A stretch of 59,694 nt of DNA, taken from an uncultured euryarchaeote. Its GTDB lineage: Archaea > Thermoplasmatota > Poseidoniia > Poseidoniales > Poseidoniaceae. The DNA is taken from contig CAXGZM010000001.1 of NCBI GenBank assembly GCA_964014165.1, forward strand, positions 1-59,694, written 5' to 3'. The notes under the pieces are model-generated. The model did no database searches, was not told where the DNA came from, and saw only the letters and a list, made by a program, of their open reading frames with translations. Both the position numbers and the translations under genes were made by a program. This document shows positions 8,295 to 16,775 of this stretch, in pieces. How positions within the stretch are numbered: position 1 is the first letter of the stretch; every line of letters starts with the position of its first letter.

Positions 8295-9605
8295 ATGACC
8301 GTCGGTATCATCGGCTTGGGCTACGTCGGCCTCCCGACTGCCATCGGTTTCCACGATGCTGGGTTTACGGTGTGGGGCGTGGACGTGTCTCAGCGCACCG
8401 TGGATGCGGTGAAAGCCGGGAAAAACCCAACAGGTGATCCGGACGTGGATGACATTGTCCCCCAACCGGGCACCGACCGCTGGCACATCACGACCTCAAC
8501 GGCCGAGGCGGTTCCAAATTGTGACATCGTCCTCGTCACGGTTCCGACGCCGGTCACGCACGACCTCAAGCCCGATCTTTCCTACGTTGAGGCAGCCGGA
8601 AGAGCGGTCTTCGAAGCGATTCCAAAAGGTTCCAACACCATCGTGGTGCTGGAGTCCACGGTGTATCCCGGGGTGACGGCTCATACGTGGTTGCCGCTGA
8701 TTGAAGGCTTGGGCATGACCATCGGCGTGGACGTTGAAATTGCTTATTGCCCGGAGCGCTTCAACCCCGGCGATGCTGCCCACGGCGTTCGTTCCGTGGC
8801 GCGAGTTATCGGTTGTTCCAATCCCGAGGTGGGTGAAGCGCTGGTCCAACTCTACAGTCAACTCACGAGCGAAGACGTCCGCTATGTGGGTAAGCTTGAG
8901 GTCGCTGAGGCGGCCAAGGTCATTGAGAACGTTCAGCGCGACATCAACATCGCCCTGGTCAACGAACTCGCTCGGATTTTCCCGGCCATGGACGTGGATG
9001 TTGAAGACGTGCTGTCGGCCGCAGCGACGAAGTGGAACTTCCATCGCTACACCCCTGGCGTCGGCGTGGGCGGCCATTGTATTCCCGTTGACCCGTATTA
9101 CATGATTCAGCGAGCAGCCGATGTCGGCGTGCCTGCCGGGCTCATTGCCGCCGCTCGTGCCGTGAACCGGTCCATGCCCAACCACGTGGCTCAAGTGCTC
9201 GTTGACATTCTGTGGAAGGCTGGTCTTTCGGCTGAATCCACCAAGGTGCTGTTCCTTGGTTGGTCCTACAAGGCCGAGGTCGGCGACCCTCGTGAAACGC
9301 CAGCAGAACCGCTGGCGGAGGCACTCCAGCAACGCGGCATCCACGTCAGTGTCTACGATCCGCACATCGATCCCGAGACCTTCCCTGATTCGGTGGACGT
9401 GATTCAAGACCTCTCTCTGGCCGAAGGCCATGACCTCGCCGTGTTGGTGACAGCCCACACGGCGTGTGTTGACCTTGACTGGTCGACCCTCGCCCGGCAA
9501 ATGGAGACACCACGCATTTACGACGGTCGCCGTGTGCTCGATTTGGAATCGCTGAAGGAAGCTGGCTGGCAGTGCTATGCCGTCGGACGCCCAATCCCTT
9601 CGTGA
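8295..9605 (+). CDS. nucleotide-sugar 6-dehydrogenase (WecC/WbpA/Cap5O-like UDP-N-acetylhexosamine dehydrogenase clade)
   Basis: Rossmann N-terminus MTVGIIGLGYVGLP, catalytic GGHCIPVDPYY, and a C-terminal UDP-binding domain. The track ORF starts at 8184. ATG 8295 gives the canonical N-terminus; 8250 is an alternative. Confidence 0.85.
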   Translation: MTVGIIGLGYVGLPTAIGFHDAGFTVWGVDVSQRTVDAVKAGKNPTGDPDVDDIVPQPGTDRWHITTSTAEAVPNCDIVLVTVPTPVTHDLKPDLSYVEAAGRAVFEAIPKGSNTIVVLESTVYPGVTAHTWLPLIEGLGMTIGVDVEIAYCPERFNPGDAAHGVRSVARVIGCSNPEVGEALVQLYSQLTSEDVRYVGKLEVAEAAKVIENVQRDINIALVNELARIFPAMDVDVEDVLSAAATKWNFHRYTPGVGVGGHCIPVDPYYMIQRAADVGVPAGLIAAARAVNRSMPNHVAQVLVDILWKAGLSAESTKVLFLGWSYKAEVGDPRETPAEPLAEALQQRGIHVSVYDPHIDPETFPDSVDVIQDLSLAEGHDLAVLVTAHTACVDLDWSTLARQMETPRIYDGRRVLDLESLKEAGWQCYAVGRPIPS

Positions 9606-9626
9606 ACCGGTTCACACGCTGTTTTT
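9602..9626 (+). terminator. perfect 14-nt palindrome overlapping the stop codon, followed by T5
   Basis: GTGAACCGGTTCAC at 9602-9615, then TTTTT at 9622-9626, just after the dehydrogenase gene. Confidence 0.3.
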
Positions 9627-9690
9627 CCGATGTTGTCGGTGATGCGCTGAGGAACGTTAAACTGCAACGGGCTCTCATTGCCATTGGTAG

Positions 9691-10806
9691 ATGGAACAAA
9701 AGGAGCCGGCCGCGCTGTCCATCGGGCAGTTTGCATTGAGCATGGGCGTTTTCCTCGTCGTGTTTTTGTTTCTTTCCGGTTCGGTTGTTCCGACCGTGGT
9801 GAACGACGGCCTGATTGAAGGGAACTTCATCCGAAGCGGCCGTTATGCTGTCACGCACCCAGCCATGGAATCCATCGCAGCCGAGGAAGGCGAGGCTGTT
9901 GTTGTGATCGGCTCCTCCATTCTTCAATATGCTACGGACGGCCTGTGCATCGGTCAACACTTGGATGATGACAACACCAAGGTCTACAATCTGGCCATAG
10001 GAGGTGCGAACCCCTACACGGAAATGATTCAGATTCCATCGTTAATCGACACGAAACCAAAAGCCGTCATCGTTGACCTTGGCCCGAATTCGTTGTGGAA
10101 TTTTTACGAATCCGACAGCCTTGATGAATACATTCAGTTTCGATTTACCATTCTAAGCCTGACGCTTGATTTGGGGAGAGAACCGGCTTGGAGCGACTTG
10201 ATTCGTGAACGGGACCAATCCTTCATTGCATCCAGTTTGGAAGAGCGAATTCACCTAACAGCATCGTACTCTCAGGTTGCTCTTGATAACGCGCTGGCAG
10301 CCGAATTTCATGATGAATTGGGCGTAGCATACATCGATCGGAACATGCCAGGCGTTGACGATGAAGGTTGGCTGGACTATCTGCAAAACCCCGGGTTTTT
10401 ACCTCCCTTGTTTGAGTTGAAAAATCAAACAGAAGTGGACGCATGGTTTGAGGAAAACATGCCGAAACGCGCGAAGTATGGCGTCTACAACCCGTTGCCC
10501 AACGGGACGCTCAATCATGCAGCGCTGGACTACACCGTTCGCTCCTTGACCGAAGCAGGTATCGAGGTGTTCATGCTCGCCATTCCACACCATCCACAGG
10601 TGTATGACTACCTTCAACCCAGCCAGATTGACGGGCATAACGTCACGCTGAACCGGTTTGAGCAGGAATACGGGGCCGTCCCTGTGAATTGGTTTTGGGA
10701 ATCATGGGACCAGGGGATGTTTCGAGACCGTAACCACCTAGGCGATCAAGGTCGAATCCATGCATGTGAGCGAATCGCTGACATGTTGAACGAACAATTG
10801 GGGTGA
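9691..10806 (+). CDS. membrane-anchored SGNH/DltD/AlgJ-like protein (probable partner of the MBOAT)
   Basis: N-terminal TM anchor, then VVVIGSSILQY (nucleophile-like Ser), NLAIGGANPY, and a C-terminal FRDRNHLGDQG (DxxH). Lies immediately upstream of the MBOAT gene. Confidence 0.45.
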   Translation: MEQKEPAALSIGQFALSMGVFLVVFLFLSGSVVPTVVNDGLIEGNFIRSGRYAVTHPAMESIAAEEGEAVVVIGSSILQYATDGLCIGQHLDDDNTKVYNLAIGGANPYTEMIQIPSLIDTKPKAVIVDLGPNSLWNFYESDSLDEYIQFRFTILSLTLDLGREPAWSDLIRERDQSFIASSLEERIHLTASYSQVALDNALAAEFHDELGVAYIDRNMPGVDDEGWLDYLQNPGFLPPLFELKNQTEVDAWFEENMPKRAKYGVYNPLPNGTLNHAALDYTVRSLTEAGIEVFMLAIPHHPQVYDYLQPSQIDGHNVTLNRFEQEYGAVPVNWFWESWDQGMFRDRNHLGDQGRIHACERIADMLNEQLG

Positions 10807-10810
10807 GCAC

Positions 10811-12265
10811 TTGGATTTCGTCACCCCTTCGTACTACCTCTATTTTCTCCCGCTGGTGGTTGTTCTCACGTTTGGCCTCGCCTCAAGGCAACGTCGCCGC
10901 CAAATTCTGATCCTTCTCGTGATGAGTTATGTGTTCTTCTGGCTCGCCTCGGGATGGCACCTCATTCTTCTCCTCGTGTCGACATGCATCGATTGGACCG
11001 CAGGGCGAAAAATGCACGAAACGGACGATACAAGCAGGCGAAAGCGATGGCTTCGAATCAGTTTAGTCACCAACCTTTCCCTGCTTGGCGTGTTCAAGTA
11101 CCTTGATTTCATCATCGAAAGTTGGAACCTTGTTTCCCTTCGCCTCACCGATGGTCTTGAGGTTGGTGCGTTGGGATTGGCCTTGCCGGTGGGGATCTCC
11201 TTCTACACCTTCCAGACCATGTCCTACACCATTGACGTTTATCGTCAGAAACAGAAGCCGTACGATTCATTCCTCGACTTTGCCTGCTACGCTGCGTTTT
11301 TCCCGCAACTTGTAGCCGGCCCCATCGTCCGAGCGGATCATTTCCGGGAGCAAATCAAGGAACCGTTGGCCCCGTCTGCATACCGATTTCGTCTTGGATT
11401 GACGCTCATCATTTACGGGATAAGCAAAAAACTCGTCATCGCCGATAACGTCGCCGTCCATGCCAACGAGGTTTTCGTTGAAGGCGAACATTTGGCCAAC
11501 ATCGGGTTGGTGTGGTGGGCCACCTTGTGTTTTGGTATCCAAATTTACTGTGATTTTTCCGCCTACACGGACATCGCCATCGGGTCTGCACATCTGATTG
11601 GCGTTGAATTACCAGAGAATTTCAAAACGCCCTACGCTGCCACTTCCCCCCAAGACTTCTGGCGCCGGTGGCACATTTCACTCTCGACGTGGTTGCGAGA
11701 TTACCTCTACATCCCGCTCGGCGGGTCGCGAAACGGTCGAAACCGCATGTTGTTTGCGTTGATGATGACGATGCTTCTTGGCGGCCTTTGGCACGGAGCT
11801 TCGTGGAACTTTGTGCTGTGGGGTTTTGTCCACGGCCTGCTGCTCATCGTCCATCGCTTTGGGAAAGAAATTGGTCCCGTCAAGCAATTTTTCACAGCTT
11901 CCGGCCGGGGGGGCGTCGTTCTCTCGTGGCTGATCACTCAATTTTTCGTGTTCTTTACTTGGCTGATTTTCCGAGTGGAAGACACGGCCGTCCTCGTCCC
12001 ATCGATGAAGACCTTCCTCGGTTGGGGTGGCCACTTTGACTGGATGGAGATGTACGAGTTTCTGCCCGACATCAAATTCCTCACGTTCGCCTTGGCAGGA
12101 TGTTTCATCCTTCTTCACGGTGTGAGTGGCTGGATGGGGGGAGGAAAAGCGTGGTTGGCCCGTCAACATTCGGTTGTTTGGGGTTCAGTTTGTGGATTCA
12201 TGCTGTGTTTGGCCTTTTACCTTCGTCCGGCGGAAACGATTGACTTCATTTATTTCCGATTCTGA
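10811..12265 (+). CDS. MBOAT family O-acyltransferase (AlgI/DltB/PatA-like)
   Basis: Polytopic membrane protein. The hallmark FWRRWHISLSTWLRDYLYIPLGGSR contains the catalytic His. TTG start lies 5 nt after the upstream stop. Confidence 0.85.
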   Translation: MDFVTPSYYLYFLPLVVVLTFGLASRQRRRQILILLVMSYVFFWLASGWHLILLLVSTCIDWTAGRKMHETDDTSRRKRWLRISLVTNLSLLGVFKYLDFIIESWNLVSLRLTDGLEVGALGLALPVGISFYTFQTMSYTIDVYRQKQKPYDSFLDFACYAAFFPQLVAGPIVRADHFREQIKEPLAPSAYRFRLGLTLIIYGISKKLVIADNVAVHANEVFVEGEHLANIGLVWWATLCFGIQIYCDFSAYTDIAIGSAHLIGVELPENFKTPYAATSPQDFWRRWHISLSTWLRDYLYIPLGGSRNGRNRMLFALMMTMLLGGLWHGASWNFVLWGFVHGLLLIVHRFGKEIGPVKQFFTASGRGGVVLSWLITQFFVFFTWLIFRVEDTAVLVPSMKTFLGWGGHFDWMEMYEFLPDIKFLTFALAGCFILLHGVSGWMGGGKAWLARQHSVVWGSVCGFMLCLAFYLRPAETIDFIYFRF

Positions 12266-12351
12266 AACGTGGAGGCTTCCCGTTTCTATTGACCAAGTGT
12301 TATACAACGGCTCCATGACGGAGGGGTGTAGCCAACCTGCACGGTGTAACA

Positions 12352-13599
12352 ATGAAGTATCAACTCAAGTGCTTGAAGACGGGCGATCTCATCGAGGACG
12401 CCTACACGCTCCACTACACGGACAACGCCCTCCTTCGAGCCGTCTACAGCGAACCCTTTGCGCTCCAGGAGAACGCCGAGGGCGTCTGGAAGTACCTCTC
12501 GTGGCTGCCCGTTTCGCAGGCCAACGACTACGTCGCCGGGACCGTGACCTACCGTGCTGAAGCACTGGGCGAAGCGATGGGCCTCTCCAACCTCTGGGTG
12601 ACCTACCACGGCTACTGGCCGGAGAGGGGCGGCCTCTGCCCCACCGGGAGTTTCAAGGACATGGAAGCGGTTCCAACTCTCCAACGTATGCACGACCACG
12701 GCTGCCAGGGCCTCATCTGCGCCAGCGCCGGCAACACGGCGCGTGCTTTCACCCACTTTTGCGGTCTCGACGGTACCCCGCTCATCGTCGTCGTGGGCAA
12801 GGACCACGGTCATCGCATCTGGGCGCGTCCCGAAAACAATGCAGAGAGCGTCCGTGTTGTCGTGGTTGAGGACGGCGATTACTACGACGCCAAGACCGTC
12901 GCCAAGGGCATCGCTGCACAACTTCCGGGCTGGCAAATGGAAGGCAGCGTTCACAACGTCGCTCGCCGTGACGGCATCGGTAGTCTGATGGTCGATGCCG
13001 CCTTCACCATCGGGAAATTGCCCGACCACTACTTCCAGGGAATCGGTGGCGGACCGGGTCCCATTGGCATTCACGAAATGGCGGAGCGGCTGATCGAAGC
13101 CGGTTTGTTTGAAGGGCCTGCACCCCGTCAGCACGTTTCTCAGAACGTTGAGCATCACCCCATTCACAACGCTTGGCAGGCGGGGCGCGACCACCTCGTC
13201 CCAGAGGATTTTCCCGCCGAGGAGGTCGAGGTGTACTCCGACTACCTGCTCAACAAAGGCCCGGCCTACGGTCAGGTCGGTGCGGTTTACGACATCCTCA
13301 AGGCTTCGAAGGGTCAAACCTACGTCGTTGAGCGAGCCGATGCCATCGCCGCCCGTGAAACGATCGAATCCATTGAGGGCATCGACATCATGACGCCCGG
13401 GGCCGTGGCCGCCGCCAGCCTGTTACAGGCAGTGGCGTCAGGCGAGGTCGACAAGGACGACTGCATTCTGTTGAACATCAGCGGTGGCGGCGTGGATCGG
13501 CTGAAGGCCGACCTTGAAACGCGGGTGGTTGAACCGTGGTTGCGTGTGTCCAAAGCCACTGGCGTCGATGCCATTCTCGAAAAACTCGCCAGCGAATGA
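12352..13599 (+). CDS. threonine synthase-like fold-type II PLP enzyme (cysteate-synthase-like subgroup possible)
   Basis: PLP-lysine motif CPTGSFKDMEA, then SAGNTARAF. At 415 aa, size and layout fit the ThrC/cysteate synthase group. The antisense 343-aa ORF is a GC shadow. Confidence 0.65.
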   Translation: MKYQLKCLKTGDLIEDAYTLHYTDNALLRAVYSEPFALQENAEGVWKYLSWLPVSQANDYVAGTVTYRAEALGEAMGLSNLWVTYHGYWPERGGLCPTGSFKDMEAVPTLQRMHDHGCQGLICASAGNTARAFTHFCGLDGTPLIVVVGKDHGHRIWARPENNAESVRVVVVEDGDYYDAKTVAKGIAAQLPGWQMEGSVHNVARRDGIGSLMVDAAFTIGKLPDHYFQGIGGGPGPIGIHEMAERLIEAGLFEGPAPRQHVSQNVEHHPIHNAWQAGRDHLVPEDFPAEEVEVYSDYLLNKGPAYGQVGAVYDILKASKGQTYVVERADAIAARETIESIEGIDIMTPGAVAAASLLQAVASGEVDKDDCILLNISGGGVDRLKADLETRVVEPWLRVSKATGVDAILEKLASE

Positions 13600-13662
13600 A
13601 TCACCTCCGTTCGGGCGCAGGTTCAAAGAAGGTGCTCCCTTAGGTTGGTTTGAGGCGTGGAC

Positions 13663-13980
13663 ATGGTTGAAGCGGCATGGGTTGAAGCAGAAGTGCTGAA
13701 AGCCGTCCCCGAAGCCACGGTTGAGGTCATTGATTTGCACGGCTCTGGCGACCACTTCCACGTGCGCGTCATCTCCGAGACCTTTGAGGGCGTCCGCCCC
13801 CTTCAGCGGCAAAAGCAGGTGTTGGCCGTCATGAAACAACACATCCCGCATCCCGTTCACGCACTTGACCTCAAGTGCATGACCCCTGCCCAAGCCGAAA
13901 CGGCTGGCGACACGGCCTTTGACCCGCACGGCGGCGGGCAAGGCATCCACATCCGCCGCATACAGAGAAACAAGGAGTGA
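13663..13980 (+). CDS. BolA family protein
   Basis: VIDLHGSGDHFHVRVISETFEGVRPLQRQKQV...VHALDLKCMTP matches the BolA core. ATG 13663 has GAGG 7 nt upstream. Confidence 0.75.
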   Translation: MVEAAWVEAEVLKAVPEATVEVIDLHGSGDHFHVRVISETFEGVRPLQRQKQVLAVMKQHIPHPVHALDLKCMTPAQAETAGDTAFDPHGGGQGIHIRRIQRNKE

Positions 13981-13985
13981 ACCCC

Positions 13986-14306
13986 ATGAACTGGACCCCA
14001 GAAGAACTGCAAAGCCTCGTCGACGACCACCCCCTCGTGCTCTTCATGAAGGGCAGCCCCAACCAGCCTCAGTGCGGGTTTTCCAACCGTGCAGCGCAGG
14101 TGCTCCAGAGCCTCGGTGAGGAATTCGCTTCGGTGAACGTCCTCAGCGACCCGCGCGCCATCCCTTCCATCTGCACGTGGTCGGACTTCCCCACCATGCC
14201 TCAGGTCTTCGTCCACGGCGAGCTCATCGGCGGGTCGGACATCGCCCTCGAGATGCTCCAAGACGGGAGCCTCCGCGAGATGTTTGACGCCGGCCGTCAG
14301 GCCTGA
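13986..14306 (+). CDS. monothiol (CGFS) glutaredoxin, Grx4/GrxD type
   Basis: VLFMKGSPNQPQCGFSNRA active site and FVHGELIGGSD. AAGGAG lies 8 nt upstream of ATG 13986, and the BolA stop is 5 nt upstream. Confidence 0.85.
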   Translation: MNWTPEELQSLVDDHPLVLFMKGSPNQPQCGFSNRAAQVLQSLGEEFASVNVLSDPRAIPSICTWSDFPTMPQVFVHGELIGGSDIALEMLQDGSLREMFDAGRQA

Positions 14307-14379
14307 GTGGAAACGCCATCTCAACCTCACCTGAATGGGTGCTTTTGTTAAGGGTCCGAGGCGTCGGAGGGTTGTTCCT

Positions 14380-14976
14380 ATGTCGGATTCACCCTCTCCA
14401 TCGCTGTTCCGCAAGTGGGCCATGCGTCAGTACTGGCGCATGCAACAATCGCAAGCCGTGGTCGGTTTGCTGCTCTGGGGCACGACCATCACCCTCCTGG
14501 TGTGGCCCTACGTTCGCTGGCGCTTCGAAGCCTCGTGTGCCGATGCTGTTTGTTTCAACGACACCATCGTCGGCATCCCGGCGACCTACTTTGGCCTCCT
14601 CACGATTTTCCTGACGGTCATGTTGGGCGTGCTGACCATCGGCTACCTCTACGACCAGGTGTTCTCCCTGTGGACGGAATGGCGCAGCGTTGACATGGAA
14701 CGAAACCCCTACGTCACCTACGCCTTGACGCCCAACTGGATGATGATCACGGCGCTACAGGCTGAAATGCTCCGACGTCAGTCCGAAGGCGACGAGGCCA
14801 TGCAGGCCCAAGCTGAATGGTTCCTCAAGTGGTGCAAGCAGTACGCTGACGGCGAGATGTTCGCCCGTGCCGTGCAGCAGTGGGACGCCGACATGGGCCC
14901 AACCCCGACGTTCTGGTTCACCGACGACGCTGCGATGCAGCGCGCACGGGACCTCAAGTTTGAGGACGAGGCCTGA
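14380..14976 (+). CDS. hypothetical membrane protein (2 predicted TM helices)
   Basis: ORF with GGAGGG 9 nt upstream of ATG 14380; the track start is 14335. Hydrophobic segments VVGLLLWGTTITLLVW and YFGLLTIFLTVMLGVLTIGYL. No recognisable motif. Confidence 0.4.
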   Translation: MSDSPSPSLFRKWAMRQYWRMQQSQAVVGLLLWGTTITLLVWPYVRWRFEASCADAVCFNDTIVGIPATYFGLLTIFLTVMLGVLTIGYLYDQVFSLWTEWRSVDMERNPYVTYALTPNWMMITALQAEMLRRQSEGDEAMQAQAEWFLKWCKQYADGEMFARAVQQWDADMGPTPTFWFTDDAAMQRARDLKFEDEA

Positions 14977-15011
14977 CAAATCTTCATCATCCGCTGGCCG
15001 GAATCGACCGC

Positions 15012-15296
15012 ATGGCTCGTCCTTCTCGCTGGAGTGAAGAGCGGAAAGCCAACCGTGAACAAGCGGAATGGATCGTCGGCTGGCTGCGCAAAAACGGACC
15101 GGCCACGACGCCTGAAATCATCGAGGCCCTCGAAGCCGAGGGCCGTGCTGTTCGGGCGCACATCTTGCAGCGTGCGCTCAGGAAGTCGCCGTTCGTTCAT
15201 CGCATCGGTTCAGCGGAAGGCGTGCGAGGAACGGTGAGTCGCTGGGCTTGGGGGCTGGATGAAGACGATGCAGCCGAGGCCGGCGGAAGTGATTGA
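15012..15296 (+). CDS. small hypothetical protein, possible winged-helix DNA-binding fold
   Basis: A 94-aa ORF that fills the gap. WIVGWLRKNGPATTPEIIEALEAEG looks wHTH-like. Weak evidence. Confidence 0.3.
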   Translation: MARPSRWSEERKANREQAEWIVGWLRKNGPATTPEIIEALEAEGRAVRAHILQRALRKSPFVHRIGSAEGVRGTVSRWAWGLDEDDAAEAGGSD

Positions 15297-15320
15297 AAGC
15301 CTGCTTCCCATGGACCGCTC

Positions 15321-16775
15321 ATGACCGAGACGCTGCCGCGTTCGCCCTCCAGCGGGCGCGACGCTTCGTGGCTGGTGGGTGCAGACCTGATGGCCGTGGC
15401 GCTGGCGTTCGTCGGCCAAATCATGCTCACTCACGCCCTGTTGGCCGAGCATTACGGTTGGATGGTTCTCGCGATTGACCTCTACGCTTCCTTGTTTTTG
15501 GTCATTGATTTGGGTCTACCGACCTTGCTTGCCCGCGACGGTACGCGTGCGCCCGCCCTGGTCCCTGCCGCCGTGTGGCGCACGTACCGGTTGCAGGCCA
15601 TGGCGACCCTCCCCTTCGTGGGATTGGCTCTGTTGCTCCGTCCCGAACAGTGGTTGAACGTGGATGCACCGACCGTGTTGCTGTTGCTGGCGGCCTTGGT
15701 TGCGCTCGTTCACGTCGCTTCGTACGCACCTCGCTCGGGTTTGCGGGTGCTGGGTGAAGCTCGACTCGAGGCCTTGACCAAGGTGGCTGAACGTGGCGTA
15801 ACGGTCGCTGCCTACGCCGTGCTGGTGTGGAACGGGTCAACCTCTGCAACGGCGTTCACAGCTGCCTTTCTCGGTGGGGCTATCACGGGCTGGGGGCTGG
15901 CATTGTGGTGGCTGCTCCGCGTGGCCCCTCCTGCGCCCGCCCGCCTTGAATGGATGCAAATGGGCGACGATTGGGCCTCGTTTCGTACACTCATGATGGC
16001 AGCGCTTCCCTTTGCCATCACTTTGGGCATTTTACCTTACGTCATTCGCATCGAGAAATTCATGGTTGCCGCTTCGGGCGATGCCACCCTCGGTGCGGTC
16101 TTTCACGTCGCACAACTGGCATGGCTGGCTGGTTTGGTGGTGCCTGCTGCCATTCGGTCTGCCCTCTTGCCCGTCCTCGGTGCTGCACGGGATCGGCCCG
16201 AACGGCATCGGCGAGAGATGAATCAGGCTGCAGACATGTGTTTTGGCTTGCTGCCGTTCGGATTGTTTGGCGGCTACCTCATCATGAGGATCTTTGCACC
16301 GTTGGCGTTTCCATCCGAGTACCTCGACGGCACTTACGGTGCTTCGGCGGTGGACGTGTTCACCGTCTTGCTGGCAGGTTGGGCGCTCACGTTGTTGGCG
16401 ACGCCGACCTACACCAGCCTCATGGCAGGACCTCGTCCTTGGCGCTTCACGCTGTTCATCGTTCTCGTGTTGCTGGCCGCCGTGGCCTTTGGTTACGGAT
16501 TGGTGATGGAAGGGCCGGCAGATCCCGGACGGAAATTGTACGCTGCTGCGCTGGCAAGTTGCCTTTCTGCAGGCGTTTTGCTGGTGCTCTCGTGGCACAT
16601 GAGCGATGCGTGGGCGTGGGTTCGCACCCGCCAAGACGACTGGTCCTTGGCGATGCTCGGCAGTGCATTTGCGGTGATTGGGCTTGTCTCAACCACCTTT
16701 TGGTGGGTCCTCGGATTACCGCTCTTTTTGTTCACGAAACGAGGCTGGCGAGCAGTTCGCTCCACGCTTGACTGA
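15321..16775 (+). CDS. polytopic membrane protein, oligosaccharide flippase (MOP/Wzx)-like
   Basis: About 12-14 hydrophobic helices across 484 aa, next to a GT4 gene. Composition and length fit polysaccharide-biosynthesis flippases. No sharp motif. Confidence 0.5.
   Translation: MTETLPRSPSSGRDASWLVGADLMAVALAFVGQIMLTHALLAEHYGWMVLAIDLYASLFLVIDLGLPTLLARDGTRAPALVPAAVWRTYRLQAMATLPFVGLALLLRPEQWLNVDAPTVLLLLAALVALVHVASYAPRSGLRVLGEARLEALTKVAERGVTVAAYAVLVWNGSTSATAFTAAFLGGAITGWGLALWWLLRVAPPAPARLEWMQMGDDWASFRTLMMAALPFAITLGILPYVIRIEKFMVAASGDATLGAVFHVAQLAWLAGLVVPAAIRSALLPVLGAARDRPERHRREMNQAADMCFGLLPFGLFGGYLIMRIFAPLAFPSEYLDGTYGASAVDVFTVLLAGWALTLLATPTYTSLMAGPRPWRFTLFIVLVLLAAVAFGYGLVMEGPADPGRKLYAAALASCLSAGVLLVLSWHMSDAWAWVRTRQDDWSLAMLGSAFAVIGLVSTTFWWVLGLPLFLFTKRGWRAVRSTLD

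Noticed and set aside
8496-9500. 334-aa antisense ORF. The same class includes 12286-13317, 34294-35886, 36531-37412, 38097-38966, 38845-40053, 40276-41355, 41392-42219, 43828-44736, 45261-45917, 47230-47990, 55415-56272 and 57015-58169.
   Set aside because: Each overlaps a gene with strong family motifs on the other strand (sugar dehydrogenase, ThrC-like, rpoD/S11, S13, pyrE, PolD, MptE-like, PriL, DUF373, SCO1, CoxIII). All have low-complexity Arg/Gly/Pro-rich translations.
15950-16771. 273-aa alternative-frame ORF inside the flippase gene, and 58644-59381 inside coxI
   Set aside because: These are same-strand or opposite-strand frame shadows of polytopic membrane-protein genes. The translations are Arg/His/Gly-rich and non-hydrophobic, whereas the annotated frames give regular TM helices and, for coxI, the canonical His ligands.
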